Part shown: piece by piece, positions 18,975 to 27,862 of the stretch
Position numbering within the stretch: position 1 is the stretch's first letter
Layout of the letters: each line of letters opens with the position of its first letter
Virus record (IMG/VR): IMGVR_UViG_3300031087_000497
Origin: an uncultured virus (IMG/VR IMGVR_UViG_3300031087_000497)
Taxonomy: Duplodnaviria > Heunggongvirae > Uroviricota > Caudoviricetes
DNA: 64,000 bases
Reading direction: 5' to 3' (one strand)
Program-made: the position numbers and the translations under genes
The notes under the pieces: generated by a model
The model's database searches: none
What the model was told of the DNA's origin: nothing
The model's input: only the letters and a program-made list of their open reading frames with translations

Positions 18975-20120
18975 TTGGTGACAGTGGCACGAAAGAAAAG
19001 CGCCGAGACCGGGATGCCGCCTAAGTCCGCCGAGGATAGTCAATCCCCGGACAAGCCCGCCCGTAAAAGGATTACACCCCCTAAACCTCCGGCCAAAAAA
19101 CCAGAGGTTAAGGTGGCAAACGGTCGTGTTGAAAAAAGCATATCTCCCGCAGCGTCTAAAAAGGCCCCCGTCAGGGCAAAGACTGCTGCTCGCTCGCCTG
19201 CCAAACCAGCACAGGTACCAGAGAAAAAGCCGCGCTCAAAAACTGGTGGAGCCGCTGGAAAGGTGCGTGTTCCGAAAGAAGTCAGACTGACCAAAAAAGA
19301 GCACGAAGCCTTGCAGGCCGGGTGTTTGTACGGCCTGGACGAACGCCAGGCTAAGTTCATCGACCTGTGGTTGGTCACCCAAAACGCCACGCGGTCATAC
19401 CAGGATGCAGGTTTTGAGTGCAAGAACGATGCAGTAGCAGCGGCGGCGGCCAGCAGGCTGTTAAGAAAGGTTAGGGAGCATCCCTACACCCAGGCCAAGC
19501 GTGCCGAGCTGTTCGCCAAGACAGAAGAAATCACCAACCGGGTAATTGAGCGCGTCTACGGCGCCGCGATGGCTGACCCGCGTGAACTGGCCGAGGTGGT
19601 CTACAAGTGCTGCCGCTACTGCCATGGAGTGGGCCACGAATACCAGATGACTCCGCGAGAGATGAAAGAGCGGGAAGCGCGGTATGAACAGGCAGTGGCA
19701 GAAGCGAAGAAAGAGCGGAAAAAGCCCCCCGAATTCAACCCCCTGGGCGGTATCGGCTTCGACCTTACCCAGGATCCTCACCCGGAGTGCCCTGAGTGCA
19801 ACGGCGTGGGTGTGCGGGTCGAGATCATTAACGACACCCGATACCTCTCACCTGGTGCGCTCGCTCTGTATGGCGGCTGGAAGGTGACAAAGGAGGGCGG
19901 TGCAGAGGTCAAGATTGCGGACCAGAGACCTTACCTGGAGCTGCTGGGCCGAATCTTCAATATGAACATCGAGCCTGCGGCCCCTCTCGTGGCCGTGGTG
20001 GACATGAATGCGCTGGACGAGGCCTACCGCAAGGGCTTGGAGAAAACCCAGGCCCAGCGTGACGCCATGGCTGAGCGCGCCGCTGCAATCGCGGCACTGA
20101 GTGATGGCGGTGAGGAATGA
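18975..20120 (+). CDS. Terminase small subunit (PacA-like)
   Basis: LDERQAKFIDLW..NATRSYQDAG..AASRLL helix-turn-helix; CCRYC and PECPECNG zinc motifs; long K/P/A-rich N-terminus. Confidence 0.85.
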   Translation: MVTVARKKSAETGMPPKSAEDSQSPDKPARKRITPPKPPAKKPEVKVANGRVEKSISPAASKKAPVRAKTAARSPAKPAQVPEKKPRSKTGGAAGKVRVPKEVRLTKKEHEALQAGCLYGLDERQAKFIDLWLVTQNATRSYQDAGFECKNDAVAAAAASRLLRKVREHPYTQAKRAELFAKTEEITNRVIERVYGAAMADPRELAEVVYKCCRYCHGVGHEYQMTPREMKEREARYEQAVAEAKKERKKPPEFNPLGGIGFDLTQDPHPECPECNGVGVRVEIINDTRYLSPGALALYGGWKVTKEGGAEVKIADQRPYLELLGRIFNMNIEPAAPLVAVVDMNALDEAYRKGLEKTQAQRDAMAERAAAIAALSDGGEE

Positions 20121-20407
20121 CGCTCAACGCCGATCGCGAACCAACCCCCGACAACATCCGCCAAGCCAGGAAGAACCGTGGCCTGAGCGAGAGCGCAGCC
20201 GGTGAACTGATCTACGTGAGCCGCGAGTCGTGGCGCCTGTACGAAAAGGGCACCACCAAAATCAAGCTGGGGCTGTGGGAGCTGTTCCTGTTCAAAACAG
20301 GGCAAATCTGGCTCAAGCCTGTTGTGGAACCGCGACCCAAGGCCAAGCGGCGTGGGCGCGTCGAAAACTTAAGGCCGTTCCGGGCCAACTCGTTAGGAGC
20401 TGACTGA
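20117..20407 (+). CDS. Small HTH DNA-binding protein
   Basis: PTPDNIRQARKNRGLSESAAGELIYVSRESWRLYEKG..LWELF. Confidence 0.8.
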   Translation: MTLNADREPTPDNIRQARKNRGLSESAAGELIYVSRESWRLYEKGTTKIKLGLWELFLFKTGQIWLKPVVEPRPKAKRRGRVENLRPFRANSLGAD

Positions 20408-20997
20408 TGCAGAACAAACCGAAACCGAAAGGGCAGGCGCACGACGACGACCTACTGCTGGCCAGCAACGTGTCAGCGTTCAAACAGTGGCTGATCGCCC
20501 AGGACATTGCCGTGCAGGAACCCGTGGTGGCTCACAAGGCGCGCGGAGTGCATTACTGGGTAGATATCCCTGGTTGCAAGCCTGTATCAGTCCAGGAGGG
20601 CACTGCACGCAAAGCCCGGTACGCACAAACGCACTACCGCCTGCGCCCGTTGCTGAACAGCTTCCTTACTTCGCCCATGGCCAGTGCCATCAAGGCAATC
20701 GTACGCACGAAGACGCCAAGCCCGGTAATGACGGTAGTTGACCGCAAGGTTCAGCCAGTCGCGGCGGCCAACTCCGATGCCTCGACTGGGGCAGATATCG
20801 CGTCCAACAATCCTGAGGCCGTCCAACCGACTGGCAAGGCCATACACGTCAAGCCCCTGGACAAGTTCCTGGTGGACCTGCGCGATGACTTCGCCATCAG
20901 CTGCCCACTGAAGGTCAGGGGCGATGAAAGCATGGCCTCCTTTGCTAATCGCCGCTGGGAGTACGCCCAAGCAATGCTAGACGCGCGCCCACAGTAG
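20407..20997 (+). CDS. Hypothetical protein
   Basis: Coupled ORF; C-terminal LRDDFA..YAQAMLDAR motif. Confidence 0.65.
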   Translation: MQNKPKPKGQAHDDDLLLASNVSAFKQWLIAQDIAVQEPVVAHKARGVHYWVDIPGCKPVSVQEGTARKARYAQTHYRLRPLLNSFLTSPMASAIKAIVRTKTPSPVMTVVDRKVQPVAAANSDASTGADIASNNPEAVQPTGKAIHVKPLDKFLVDLRDDFAISCPLKVRGDESMASFANRRWEYAQAMLDARPQ

Positions 20998-21025
20998 TCC
21001 GGGGATACGCGGGGACCGAACGCGA

Positions 21026-21196
21026 ATGCTGTGCCGATTTTGTGGAAGTGATCGAGTCATCTGGCGGCGGCCTCGGAGGGGCCCCGCCTACACCTATTGC
21101 CGTGACTGCAAGCGCCGCAACTGTGAGGCCATCGCCCACCAGCTGCCGCACGGTGACAACGAATGCGACCGGGCCCAACTGCGGCTCAATGTTTAG
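21026..21196 (+). CDS. 56-aa zinc-ribbon protein
   Basis: MLCRFCGS...YCRDCKRRNC; too short for the ORF track. Confidence 0.55.
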   Translation: MLCRFCGSDRVIWRRPRRGPAYTYCRDCKRRNCEAIAHQLPHGDNECDRAQLRLNV

Positions 21197-21231
21197 GGGA
21201 TGCATATGCAACTTTCAGGAAGGTGCGGGCC

Positions 21232-21816
21232 ATGACCTTGTTCTATCGCCGCGAAGACTTTGAACGCGCTTGTCGACACGCGGGTATCAGTGACCTGGCC
21301 TTTAGCGCCGAAACAGGTGAGTACCAGAACCCCCACACACATAAGGCATACCTGGTGTGGGAATCGCTGGCGCAGACCAAGCAGGCCAGCGCCGGGCCAA
21401 AAGTGTGGCTGACGCGCCGCAGGGGTAAGGATCAAGGCATTGCGGTCACTCGACCCTATTCCACCACCACGCCTTCCGAGTGGGCGCGCATGGACGCCAT
21501 GGGCTGGGAACAACCGTTGGCGCTCTGGCCAGCGATGCCGATTACCAGCGCCAGTGAAAACGCTGTCCTGGTCGAGCGTCAACGGCAGAAGTCGGTCAAG
21601 GGCTACTCCCCTGAACTCGACCTGCGATATGGCAACGACGAGCTACTACGCGCGGCAGCGGCCTATGCACTGCAATGGTTGGCGCCGAGCCAGGCACGGG
21701 CGATCTGGCCGTGGCCGGACTCCCCCATGAAAAGCGTGTCACGCCTGAGGGCGATCGAGAAGGCTGGTGCGCTGCTGATCGCCGATCACGAGCGCGTGAT
21801 GGCGGTGGACGCATGA
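21232..21816 (+). CDS. Hypothetical phage protein
   Basis: ERQRQ..GY..EL.RAAAAYA..WPW..KAGALLIA domain common in phages. Confidence 0.7.
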   Translation: MTLFYRREDFERACRHAGISDLAFSAETGEYQNPHTHKAYLVWESLAQTKQASAGPKVWLTRRRGKDQGIAVTRPYSTTTPSEWARMDAMGWEQPLALWPAMPITSASENAVLVERQRQKSVKGYSPELDLRYGNDELLRAAAAYALQWLAPSQARAIWPWPDSPMKSVSRLRAIEKAGALLIADHERVMAVDA

Positions 21817-22478
21817 AAACCAAAGCACCCGTTGTAATCGACTTGGCCCAACTACAGGCGCGCCTCCACACAAAGCGGGCAGATCCAGTTTTTCACGATG
21901 ATCCGCGCTACGCAGAGTTTCGCGAGCGTTACGGCGCCGATCTTTGCGCATTCGCTGAAGAGGTGTTTGGCGTAGAGCTGGATCCTGAAACGCGCAAGGC
22001 CTACCTCAATGCAAGTAAGCCTGGTACCCGCATGGTGCTGTCCGATGTTCTCGACATGCGTGAGGCCCGGTTCCCACCGGTTGCGCTGTGGGCAATGCTC
22101 TTTCATCCGTGCAATGAAGTGGTGGTTATTGCGCCGAGGAATGAACTGCACCGATGCCACTGGCGCGCCTACATGAAGGTTGCGAAAGGCGCCCATGGCT
22201 GGCTTGGGAAGCACCTGCGCATTACACAGTCGGGTATTCGAACAGAGGCTGGTTACCTGGGGCCGAGAATTTCGTTCAGGACCGCGACCAACCATTCACC
22301 GGAAAACCTGGCGGGCATGTCCGGTCATCAAATGTTGTTTCTGGTCGAGGGTGCAGCGCGGATCGGCGACCAATGCATTCAGGTACTTCACGCCAGCCTT
22401 CGAGAGCCAATGGTTTCCGAGGTGCTGGCGCTTTCGTGCTTCACAGTCGTGCAAACCAGCCCGCAGGTCGCGCACTAA
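21813..22478 (+). CDS. Terminase ATPase-domain paralogue lacking Walker motifs
   Basis: Colinear similarity to the N-terminal ~190 aa of 22534-24084 (DPR..ERY..DL..FA.E; RTA...SPENLAG); Walker A and B altered. Confidence 0.85.
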   Translation: MKTKAPVVIDLAQLQARLHTKRADPVFHDDPRYAEFRERYGADLCAFAEEVFGVELDPETRKAYLNASKPGTRMVLSDVLDMREARFPPVALWAMLFHPCNEVVVIAPRNELHRCHWRAYMKVAKGAHGWLGKHLRITQSGIRTEAGYLGPRISFRTATNHSPENLAGMSGHQMLFLVEGAARIGDQCIQVLHASLREPMVSEVLALSCFTVVQTSPQVAH

Positions 22479-22491
22479 CGCACTTTAGAGT
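22451..22491 (+). promoter_or_regulatory. Putative late promoter (terminase large subunit)
   Basis: GCAAACC-N28-TAGAGT. Confidence 0.65.
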
Positions 22492-22495
22492 TATG

Positions 22496-22518
22496 GGGCC
22501 GGTCCACCGGCCCTTTTT
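22496..22518 (+). terminator. Intrinsic terminator between the dead paralogue and the real terminase
   Basis: GGGCCGG-TCCA-CCGGCCC-TTTTT. Confidence 0.7.
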
Positions 22519-22533
22519 GTGTTTAGGGAACCC

Positions 22534-24084
22534 ATGGCCAAGCCAAAGCCCAAAAGTCTGCGCCTAGAATCAGACCCGAGGTGGCCAGCTTTCATCGAAC
22601 GTTACGCCTTCGACCTGTACAAGTTCGCCGTCGAAGCGTGCCTGATGGATGTCACCCCGCAGCAGAAAGAACTCTTCGACGAGACGTCCGTTTTTGGCTG
22701 TCGCGTCTCGGTGTCGTCTGGCCACGGTACCGGCAAGACTCGCGGCTTTGGTGTGACCTGCCTGTGGCACCTGCTCAGTTACCTGCACTCAAACACCTAT
22801 GTGACGGCGCCCAAGCTCAAGACCGTACGGGAGGGCGTGTGGAAAGAGATCACCACGATTCTGGCGCAAATCCGTAAGGGGCCCCACGCTTGGATCGCTG
22901 ACTACGTAGTGATTCAGGCCGAGAAGGTCTATGTAGTCGGTCACAGCGCCACCTGGTACGTCACCACACGCACCGCCCCGCGCGGCTCACCTGAAAATCT
23001 GGCCGGTACCCACGGCGAGTACCTGTTGTGGCTGGCGGACGAAGCGTCAGGCATTCCAGACGAAAACTTTGGCGTGATCGGTGGCGCCCTTACAGATGAC
23101 CGCAACCGCTTCGTCATGGCCAGCCAGCCAACCCGATCCAGCGGCTTCTTTTGGGATACGCATCACGGGCAGTCGATCAAACGGGGCGGGCCTTGGGTAC
23201 CGCTGGTATTCAACTCGGAAGAGAGCCCAATTGTCTCCCTCAAGTTCATCAGGGAGAAGCGCCAGCAGTACGGCGGTGTCGGCGAAGCGGAGTATCAAAT
23301 CAAGGTGAAGGGGATGTTCCCTACCAACTTGAGCAAATACCTGCTGAACACGACGCTGCTTGAGCGCGCTATTGCGGCTCAAAGTCCAATCCTGCCAGGT
23401 GAAGAGTGGGGCCACCTCATCGTTGTCGACGTCGCCGCTGGCGTTGGGCGTGACAAGACTGTGGCCACGCACATGCGCGTAAGCGGTAAAGGCGATCGGA
23501 TGCTCAACGAGCGGCGCCGGAAAGTTGAAGTGGTCGACATCCCGATCTATAGCTCCACCGAGGACTGGACGCCGCTGGCGGTCAAGTTGCGCGACTACGC
23601 CATGCGCTTGCCCAACGTCACCATAGTGATCGACGTAAGCGCCATGGGCGTGCAGTTCATGAAGCGTCTCCAGGAGCTGCAAGAGGGCAGCATGATCATC
23701 CAGGGCGTGCAGTGGGGCGCTCGTCCGCACTCAAACGAATACCGCAAGCGATTCCTTAACCAGAGGGCGCAATGCACCGTGCACGCCACAGAGGCGATCA
23801 AAGACGGCGTGGTCAAGCTGGCGAAGAAGCATCAGCGCGACCTGATCGACCAAGGCTCACGCCTGCCGTACTCCTTCGACGATCAGGGGCGCTACAAGAT
23901 CGCCACCAAGGAAAGCATGGAAGCCGACGGGCTTTCATCCCCGGACCTTTTTGACACCATCTGCATGGCGTTTCTTGAGGACGTCAATTACATCGCGTGC
24001 AGCGAGCAGAGCGCGATGGTGAAGACATCTCGCGCTGAAGCGACCCTGAAAAAAGCCATGTCCAGATTTGATAACGTCGCATAA
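22534..24084 (+). CDS. Terminase large subunit (PacB-like)
   Basis: Walker A SGHGTGKT, Walker B LLWLADEA, SQP coupling motif, nuclease VDVAAGVGRD and SPDLFD. Confidence 0.93.
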   Translation: MAKPKPKSLRLESDPRWPAFIERYAFDLYKFAVEACLMDVTPQQKELFDETSVFGCRVSVSSGHGTGKTRGFGVTCLWHLLSYLHSNTYVTAPKLKTVREGVWKEITTILAQIRKGPHAWIADYVVIQAEKVYVVGHSATWYVTTRTAPRGSPENLAGTHGEYLLWLADEASGIPDENFGVIGGALTDDRNRFVMASQPTRSSGFFWDTHHGQSIKRGGPWVPLVFNSEESPIVSLKFIREKRQQYGGVGEAEYQIKVKGMFPTNLSKYLLNTTLLERAIAAQSPILPGEEWGHLIVVDVAAGVGRDKTVATHMRVSGKGDRMLNERRRKVEVVDIPIYSSTEDWTPLAVKLRDYAMRLPNVTIVIDVSAMGVQFMKRLQELQEGSMIIQGVQWGARPHSNEYRKRFLNQRAQCTVHATEAIKDGVVKLAKKHQRDLIDQGSRLPYSFDDQGRYKIATKESMEADGLSSPDLFDTICMAFLEDVNYIACSEQSAMVKTSRAEATLKKAMSRFDNVA

Positions 24085-24208
24085 ATATAGTTTTTTATGT
24101 ATTAATCTGTATATTCGGACATGGCCGAACAATTAAACCCCGCAATTCTGGCCATAACCATCGGTTAAGCGCAAATAGAATGTACGGGGATCGTTTGAGG
24201 GGCTTGGT

Positions 24209-24574
24209 ATGGAACTGCGTCGTTACACAAAGAACTATCACGAGAAACCAGAGACGGTGAGCGCCTACGCGTTCGTTGCCTTTTGGGCGGATGACAAATA
24301 CATCCATGGCCTGGACCGAGAGGGCGAGGTTTGGCTACTGAAGGGTGGTCACACGCTCAAAGAGATCGAGGCCAACACGGCGGGGCTTGCCCGGATTCAC
24401 CGACGCGCCATCATTCGACTGGACGCCATTGCCCACTTGGTAACGCGAACCCCGCCAGGTGGGAGTTTTAGCGCTTACTGCATGGTCGGCGGCGAAGAAT
24501 TCAAGGTCTCCCGCAAGTGCAGGCCAACCATTCAGGCGCTACATGCCGCCCACGTTTCAAAGGGGGCCGCATGA
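24209..24574 (+). CDS. Stand-alone LytTR-type DNA-binding domain protein
   Basis: ADDKYI, TLKEIE, ARIHRRAIIRL, FKVSRK. Confidence 0.8.
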   Translation: MELRRYTKNYHEKPETVSAYAFVAFWADDKYIHGLDREGEVWLLKGGHTLKEIEANTAGLARIHRRAIIRLDAIAHLVTRTPPGGSFSAYCMVGGEEFKVSRKCRPTIQALHAAHVSKGAA

Positions 24575-25422
24575 CACACAGCCGACACGAAGAGAATTTG
24601 GCCTACCTGGCTAGGATGGGGCGCCTGAGCAAGACCAAGAAGGCCAACGAGCGCGATGGGTACACCAGCTTTTATGAGAAGAAAGGCCGCCCGGCTGGCG
24701 TTTCGTTGAAGCCAACCGACGTTCCGTCGCTGGTGGCTACAGCCCTGTCCAGCGGTGGCCCGATCAAAACCGGTGAAGCCTTTGAGCACCTGTTATCGGT
24801 GGTGTGTGACAGTTCCCGGTTCTATGCCTACCACTTCATCATCGCGGCTTCACGCGGTACCGGTGGATGCCGAGCGATTCTATTGAGCGCCCGCACGCTG
24901 AATGGCCCCTGCCAGTCCCGCGCAGCAACCTTGGCCTACGCCACGAAACTGGTTGAGTATGCTGGTGCGTTGGGTTCGCCTCGGGTGATGATCGACGAGA
25001 CGTCACATTGTTGCTTCCTGGCCCAGGCACTTAACCATGGCGTGCCCAACAACCTGGTATGGGCGGACGCGCGCGTGCAGTGGCCACCTACCGATGAGGC
25101 GTTAAGGACACAGTACCTGGACAACTATGCCTTGGGGTTTGACCGCTACCGACAGGCGCTGGCCACCAACTCGGTGAAGCTCCCCGAAATGGATTTGCTG
25201 GCAGACCAGGTAAAGGCCATGGCACCACGGTTGGATGCAGAAGGGCGGATGACCCTCAACAGCCCTGGCGACAAGATGGAGCGTGAGCTGAACGCCCTAT
25301 GCCTGCTGTACCTGGACGTGGCAAGCGCTCATCTGATGGTGCCAGGCTCGCGGGTTGAGCCTGGCCAGGCATTCGCGCGGCCTCCCGGAGACCGGTATTC
25401 AGCAAGACTTGACCATGTTTGA
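24571..25422 (+). CDS. Terminase nuclease-domain paralogue lacking catalytic aspartates
   Basis: Colinear similarity to the C-terminal half of 22534-24084 (PI..GE...HL; A.KL..YA..L....ID; VKL; DQ; D..GR). Confidence 0.75.
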   Translation: MTHSRHEENLAYLARMGRLSKTKKANERDGYTSFYEKKGRPAGVSLKPTDVPSLVATALSSGGPIKTGEAFEHLLSVVCDSSRFYAYHFIIAASRGTGGCRAILLSARTLNGPCQSRAATLAYATKLVEYAGALGSPRVMIDETSHCCFLAQALNHGVPNNLVWADARVQWPPTDEALRTQYLDNYALGFDRYRQALATNSVKLPEMDLLADQVKAMAPRLDAEGRMTLNSPGDKMERELNALCLLYLDVASAHLMVPGSRVEPGQAFARPPGDRYSARLDHV

Positions 25423-25476
25423 TAACAGTTATTAAGTCAGCTATTCTGAATGCACGGTTATCTGGAGATAAAAAAC

Positions 25477-25734
25477 ATGATTAGTGCCGATCTTGGCAAG
25501 TCGCTTGAAAACTATGTGACGCAACTCACCGAGTCCGGTCGCTACGGCTCGAAAAGCGAAGTCCTGCGTGAAGGTGTACGGTTGGTCCAGGATCGTGAAA
25601 CCCGCCTGGCGGCTTTGGACGCCTCAATCGCTCGCGGCCTGGGCGATATCGAAGCGGGCCGCACCAAGCCTGCGGCAGAGGTCTTTGACCGACTGGCAGC
25701 AAGATACGAGGCGATGGTTGATAAGCCCGAATGA
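25477..25734 (+). CDS. parD: ParD-family antitoxin
   Basis: SGRYGSKSEVLREGVRL..GLGDIEAGR. Confidence 0.9.
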   Translation: MISADLGKSLENYVTQLTESGRYGSKSEVLREGVRLVQDRETRLAALDASIARGLGDIEAGRTKPAAEVFDRLAARYEAMVDKPE

Positions 25735-26021
25735 TCGTCCACATCACAGATGAAGCTGTAGGCGATCTTGAGCAAATCGGCGACTACATCGCCCAGGACA
25801 ATCCACGCCGTGCGTTGTCGTTCGTCCTTGAGCTGCGTGACAAGTGCCTGAGCTTGGCCAGCACCTACCAATCCTTCCCCCTCATTGCCCGCTACGGCCT
25901 ACGCCGCAGGATCCATGGCAATTATGCGATCTTCTACCAGGTGGAAGCTGATCGCGTTGTTGTCGTGCACGTCCTTCATGGTGCGATGGATCACGCGTCG
26001 ATCTTTCTCGACTCTGAATAA
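25731..26021 (+). CDS. parE: ParE/RelE-family toxin
   Basis: AVGDLEQIGDYIAQDNPRRA..YAIFY..VLHGAMD. Confidence 0.9.
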   Translation: MIVHITDEAVGDLEQIGDYIAQDNPRRALSFVLELRDKCLSLASTYQSFPLIARYGLRRRIHGNYAIFYQVEADRVVVVHVLHGAMDHASIFLDSE

Positions 26022-26040
26022 GCCCCACTGCGCTGTCTAA

Positions 26041-26140
26041 TGGCTCAAAAGGATGGTTCTTTTATAGGTGGCTCATTTAAGTTAGCCATTCTCTAAATGA
26101 GCCAACCCTGATATGGTTGGGTCTTTAGGGTATACCCAAA
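26041..26140. other. Putative res (multimer resolution) site
   Basis: Inverted repeat GGCTCATTTA(26070)..TAAATGAGCC(26103) and related half-sites directly upstream of the resolvase. Confidence 0.55.
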
Positions 26141-26151
26141 GGAGCCAGGCT

Positions 26152-26808
26152 ATGACCCCCACCAACGTTGCGCGGGTTTATCTGCGTGTCAGCACCGAAG
26201 GCCAGGACTTGCAGCGACAGGAAGCGATAATCGGCGACGCACGAAACTCGGGCTATTACGTGGCGGCGGTCTATCGTGAAAAAGCGTCAGGCGCACGCCC
26301 CGACCGTCCCGAACTGCTGCGCATGATCGAGGATCTACAACCGGGCGAAGTTGTCATTGCGGAAAAGATTGACCGCATCAGCCGTCTGCCGTTGGCGGAA
26401 GCGGAAAAGCTCGTTGAGACAATTCGGGCCAAAGGCGCGCGTCTGGCTGTACCGGGTATCGTTGACCTGTCTGAGTTGGCAGAAGCGTCGAGTGGGGTCG
26501 CCAAGGTGGTTATACAGAGCGTGCAGGAGATGCTGTTGCGCGTGGCCCTGCAAATGGCGCGCGATGATTTTGAGGATCGCCGTGAGCGGCAGCGTCAGGG
26601 CATCGACCTGGCCAAGGGCGCAGGGCGCTACCTTGGACGTAAGCCAGACACAAAAATGCACGAGCGCGTTATTGCGCATAAGCGTAACGGTACCAGCATT
26701 GCGGAAACCGCAAGACTGGCCGACTGTAGCGTCAGCCAGGTTAAGCGCATCTGGGCCCAGTACACGGCCAACACAAGTTCCGCTCCGCAACTCCTCACAC
26801 ACCAATAG
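26152..26808 (+). CDS. Serine recombinase (resolvase)
   Basis: YLRVSTEGQ, EKASG..RPEL, KIDRISR, C-terminal HTH. Confidence 0.93.
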   Translation: MTPTNVARVYLRVSTEGQDLQRQEAIIGDARNSGYYVAAVYREKASGARPDRPELLRMIEDLQPGEVVIAEKIDRISRLPLAEAEKLVETIRAKGARLAVPGIVDLSELAEASSGVAKVVIQSVQEMLLRVALQMARDDFEDRRERQRQGIDLAKGAGRYLGRKPDTKMHERVIAHKRNGTSIAETARLADCSVSQVKRIWAQYTANTSSAPQLLTHQ

Positions 26809-26824
26809 GAAAGGAACCCCGGCT

Positions 26825-27067
26825 ATGCCGACCTATACCGACCAAGAAAAAACGCTGTACCTGAATCAAGCCCGGCGCAAGGTGCTGGCCATCGCCAAGG
26901 CGAATCGGAAGTACATCGACCGCACCGAGGAACATGCCCGCGCCTATGCCGAGGCGCTGTATGACGTGGCCGCCATCACCGAAACAGAGCGCTTGACGCT
27001 GTTGGATGATGCCCGCGAGGCCGCCGAAGCCCGCGTGCGTGAATTCAGAGCCGCCGAACAGGCCTAA
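26825..27067 (+). CDS. Repeat-led small protein 1 (80 aa)
   Basis: MPTYTDQEK.. after repeat. Confidence 0.75.
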   Translation: MPTYTDQEKTLYLNQARRKVLAIAKANRKYIDRTEEHARAYAEALYDVAAITETERLTLLDDAREAAEARVREFRAAEQA

Positions 27068-27088
27068 CCGAAAGGAACCCCCGCCGTC

Positions 27089-27304
27089 ATGAGCAAATCC
27101 CCGATTCCTCGACCGGCGCCGCTGGCCGAACTTGAGCCTGGCGAGGACCTGGCCGCGTTGCGCCTGGATGCCGAGCGGTGGCGGTGGCTGCGTGAGCGGG
27201 CTGTGCGGATCCAGGGGAGCTACGTGTGGTATCAGGGTATCTATCTGGACCTGCGGGCCGATATCGGATTGGGCCATGTCCGGGAAGACAGCGAGCCACA
27301 ATGA
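27089..27304 (+). CDS. Repeat-led small protein 2 (71 aa)
   Basis: DAERWRWLR motif common in phage proteins. Confidence 0.7.
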   Translation: MSKSPIPRPAPLAELEPGEDLAALRLDAERWRWLRERAVRIQGSYVWYQGIYLDLRADIGLGHVREDSEPQ

Positions 27305-27350
27305 AGCGCCGCGTTACCATCACGTACTTGAACCGAAAGGAACCCCCGCC

Positions 27351-27578
27351 ATGCCGATTGATCCCCAGGCGGCGCCGCTGAATGCCGACCAAACCCGTGA
27401 CCTGCAAGCGGCTGCCGTTGAGGCGCTGGCCGTGTTGCGCGACTTGCTGCGTGATCGAGCGACCGGCAATCACTACAGCCGTGTAAATGCCGCGTGCTGG
27501 AAGTTGTCGACCGCCCTGGAACAAGTGGTAGCCGATGACGTGCCGGGGAATGGCGCAAGTCCCGGCGCCGAAGGGTAG
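27351..27578 (+). CDS. Repeat-led small protein 3 (75 aa)
   Basis: MPIDPQAAP.. after repeat. Confidence 0.7.
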   Translation: MPIDPQAAPLNADQTRDLQAAAVEALAVLRDLLRDRATGNHYSRVNAACWKLSTALEQVVADDVPGNGASPGAEG

Positions 27579-27619
27579 GCCGCTGTATTACCAATAACGA
27601 ACCGAAAGGAACCCCCGCC

Positions 27620-27862
27620 ATGAGTGTCCAAGTGAAAACCGCCAAGCTAGACCGATTCTCCCATGGTGTGCTGTATGCCGCCGCCCAGGTACAGCGTCTG
27701 CACGATGAGCCGCAAGTTGCAGCCGATCTGCTGAAAAACGCCGGGCTCGCCCAGGTCGATTGCAGCAGCTTGGACGAGTACGACAAAGAGTCATTGCGCG
27801 AAGTGAACAAGATCCGTGGAATGGGGCTGACCGGATTGGGCGAAGCTGCCGAGGGCGAGTGA
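27620..27862 (+). CDS. Repeat-led small protein 4 (80 aa)
   Basis: MSVQVKTAK.. after repeat. Confidence 0.75.
   Translation: MSVQVKTAKLDRFSHGVLYAAAQVQRLHDEPQVAADLLKNAGLAQVDCSSLDEYDKESLREVNKIRGMGLTGLGEAAEGE

Noticed and set aside
18975..20120. P1-style pac site of clustered GATC hexamers inside pacA
   Set aside because: No GATC cluster seen
24107..24122. Near-LexA box CTGTATATTCGGACAT
   Set aside because: Ends in CAT rather than CAG; not called as a feature
26152..26808. Resolvase acting as a Cin-like tail-fibre invertase
   Set aside because: It is 14 kb from the fibres, both fibre genes are in direct orientation, no inverted crossover sites were seen, and it has its own res-like site beside a TA pair
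26351..27067. 238-aa ORF overlapping the resolvase (possible frameshift fusion)
   Set aside because: Only the last 80 codons follow an RBS; the upstream part is an alternative frame of the resolvase
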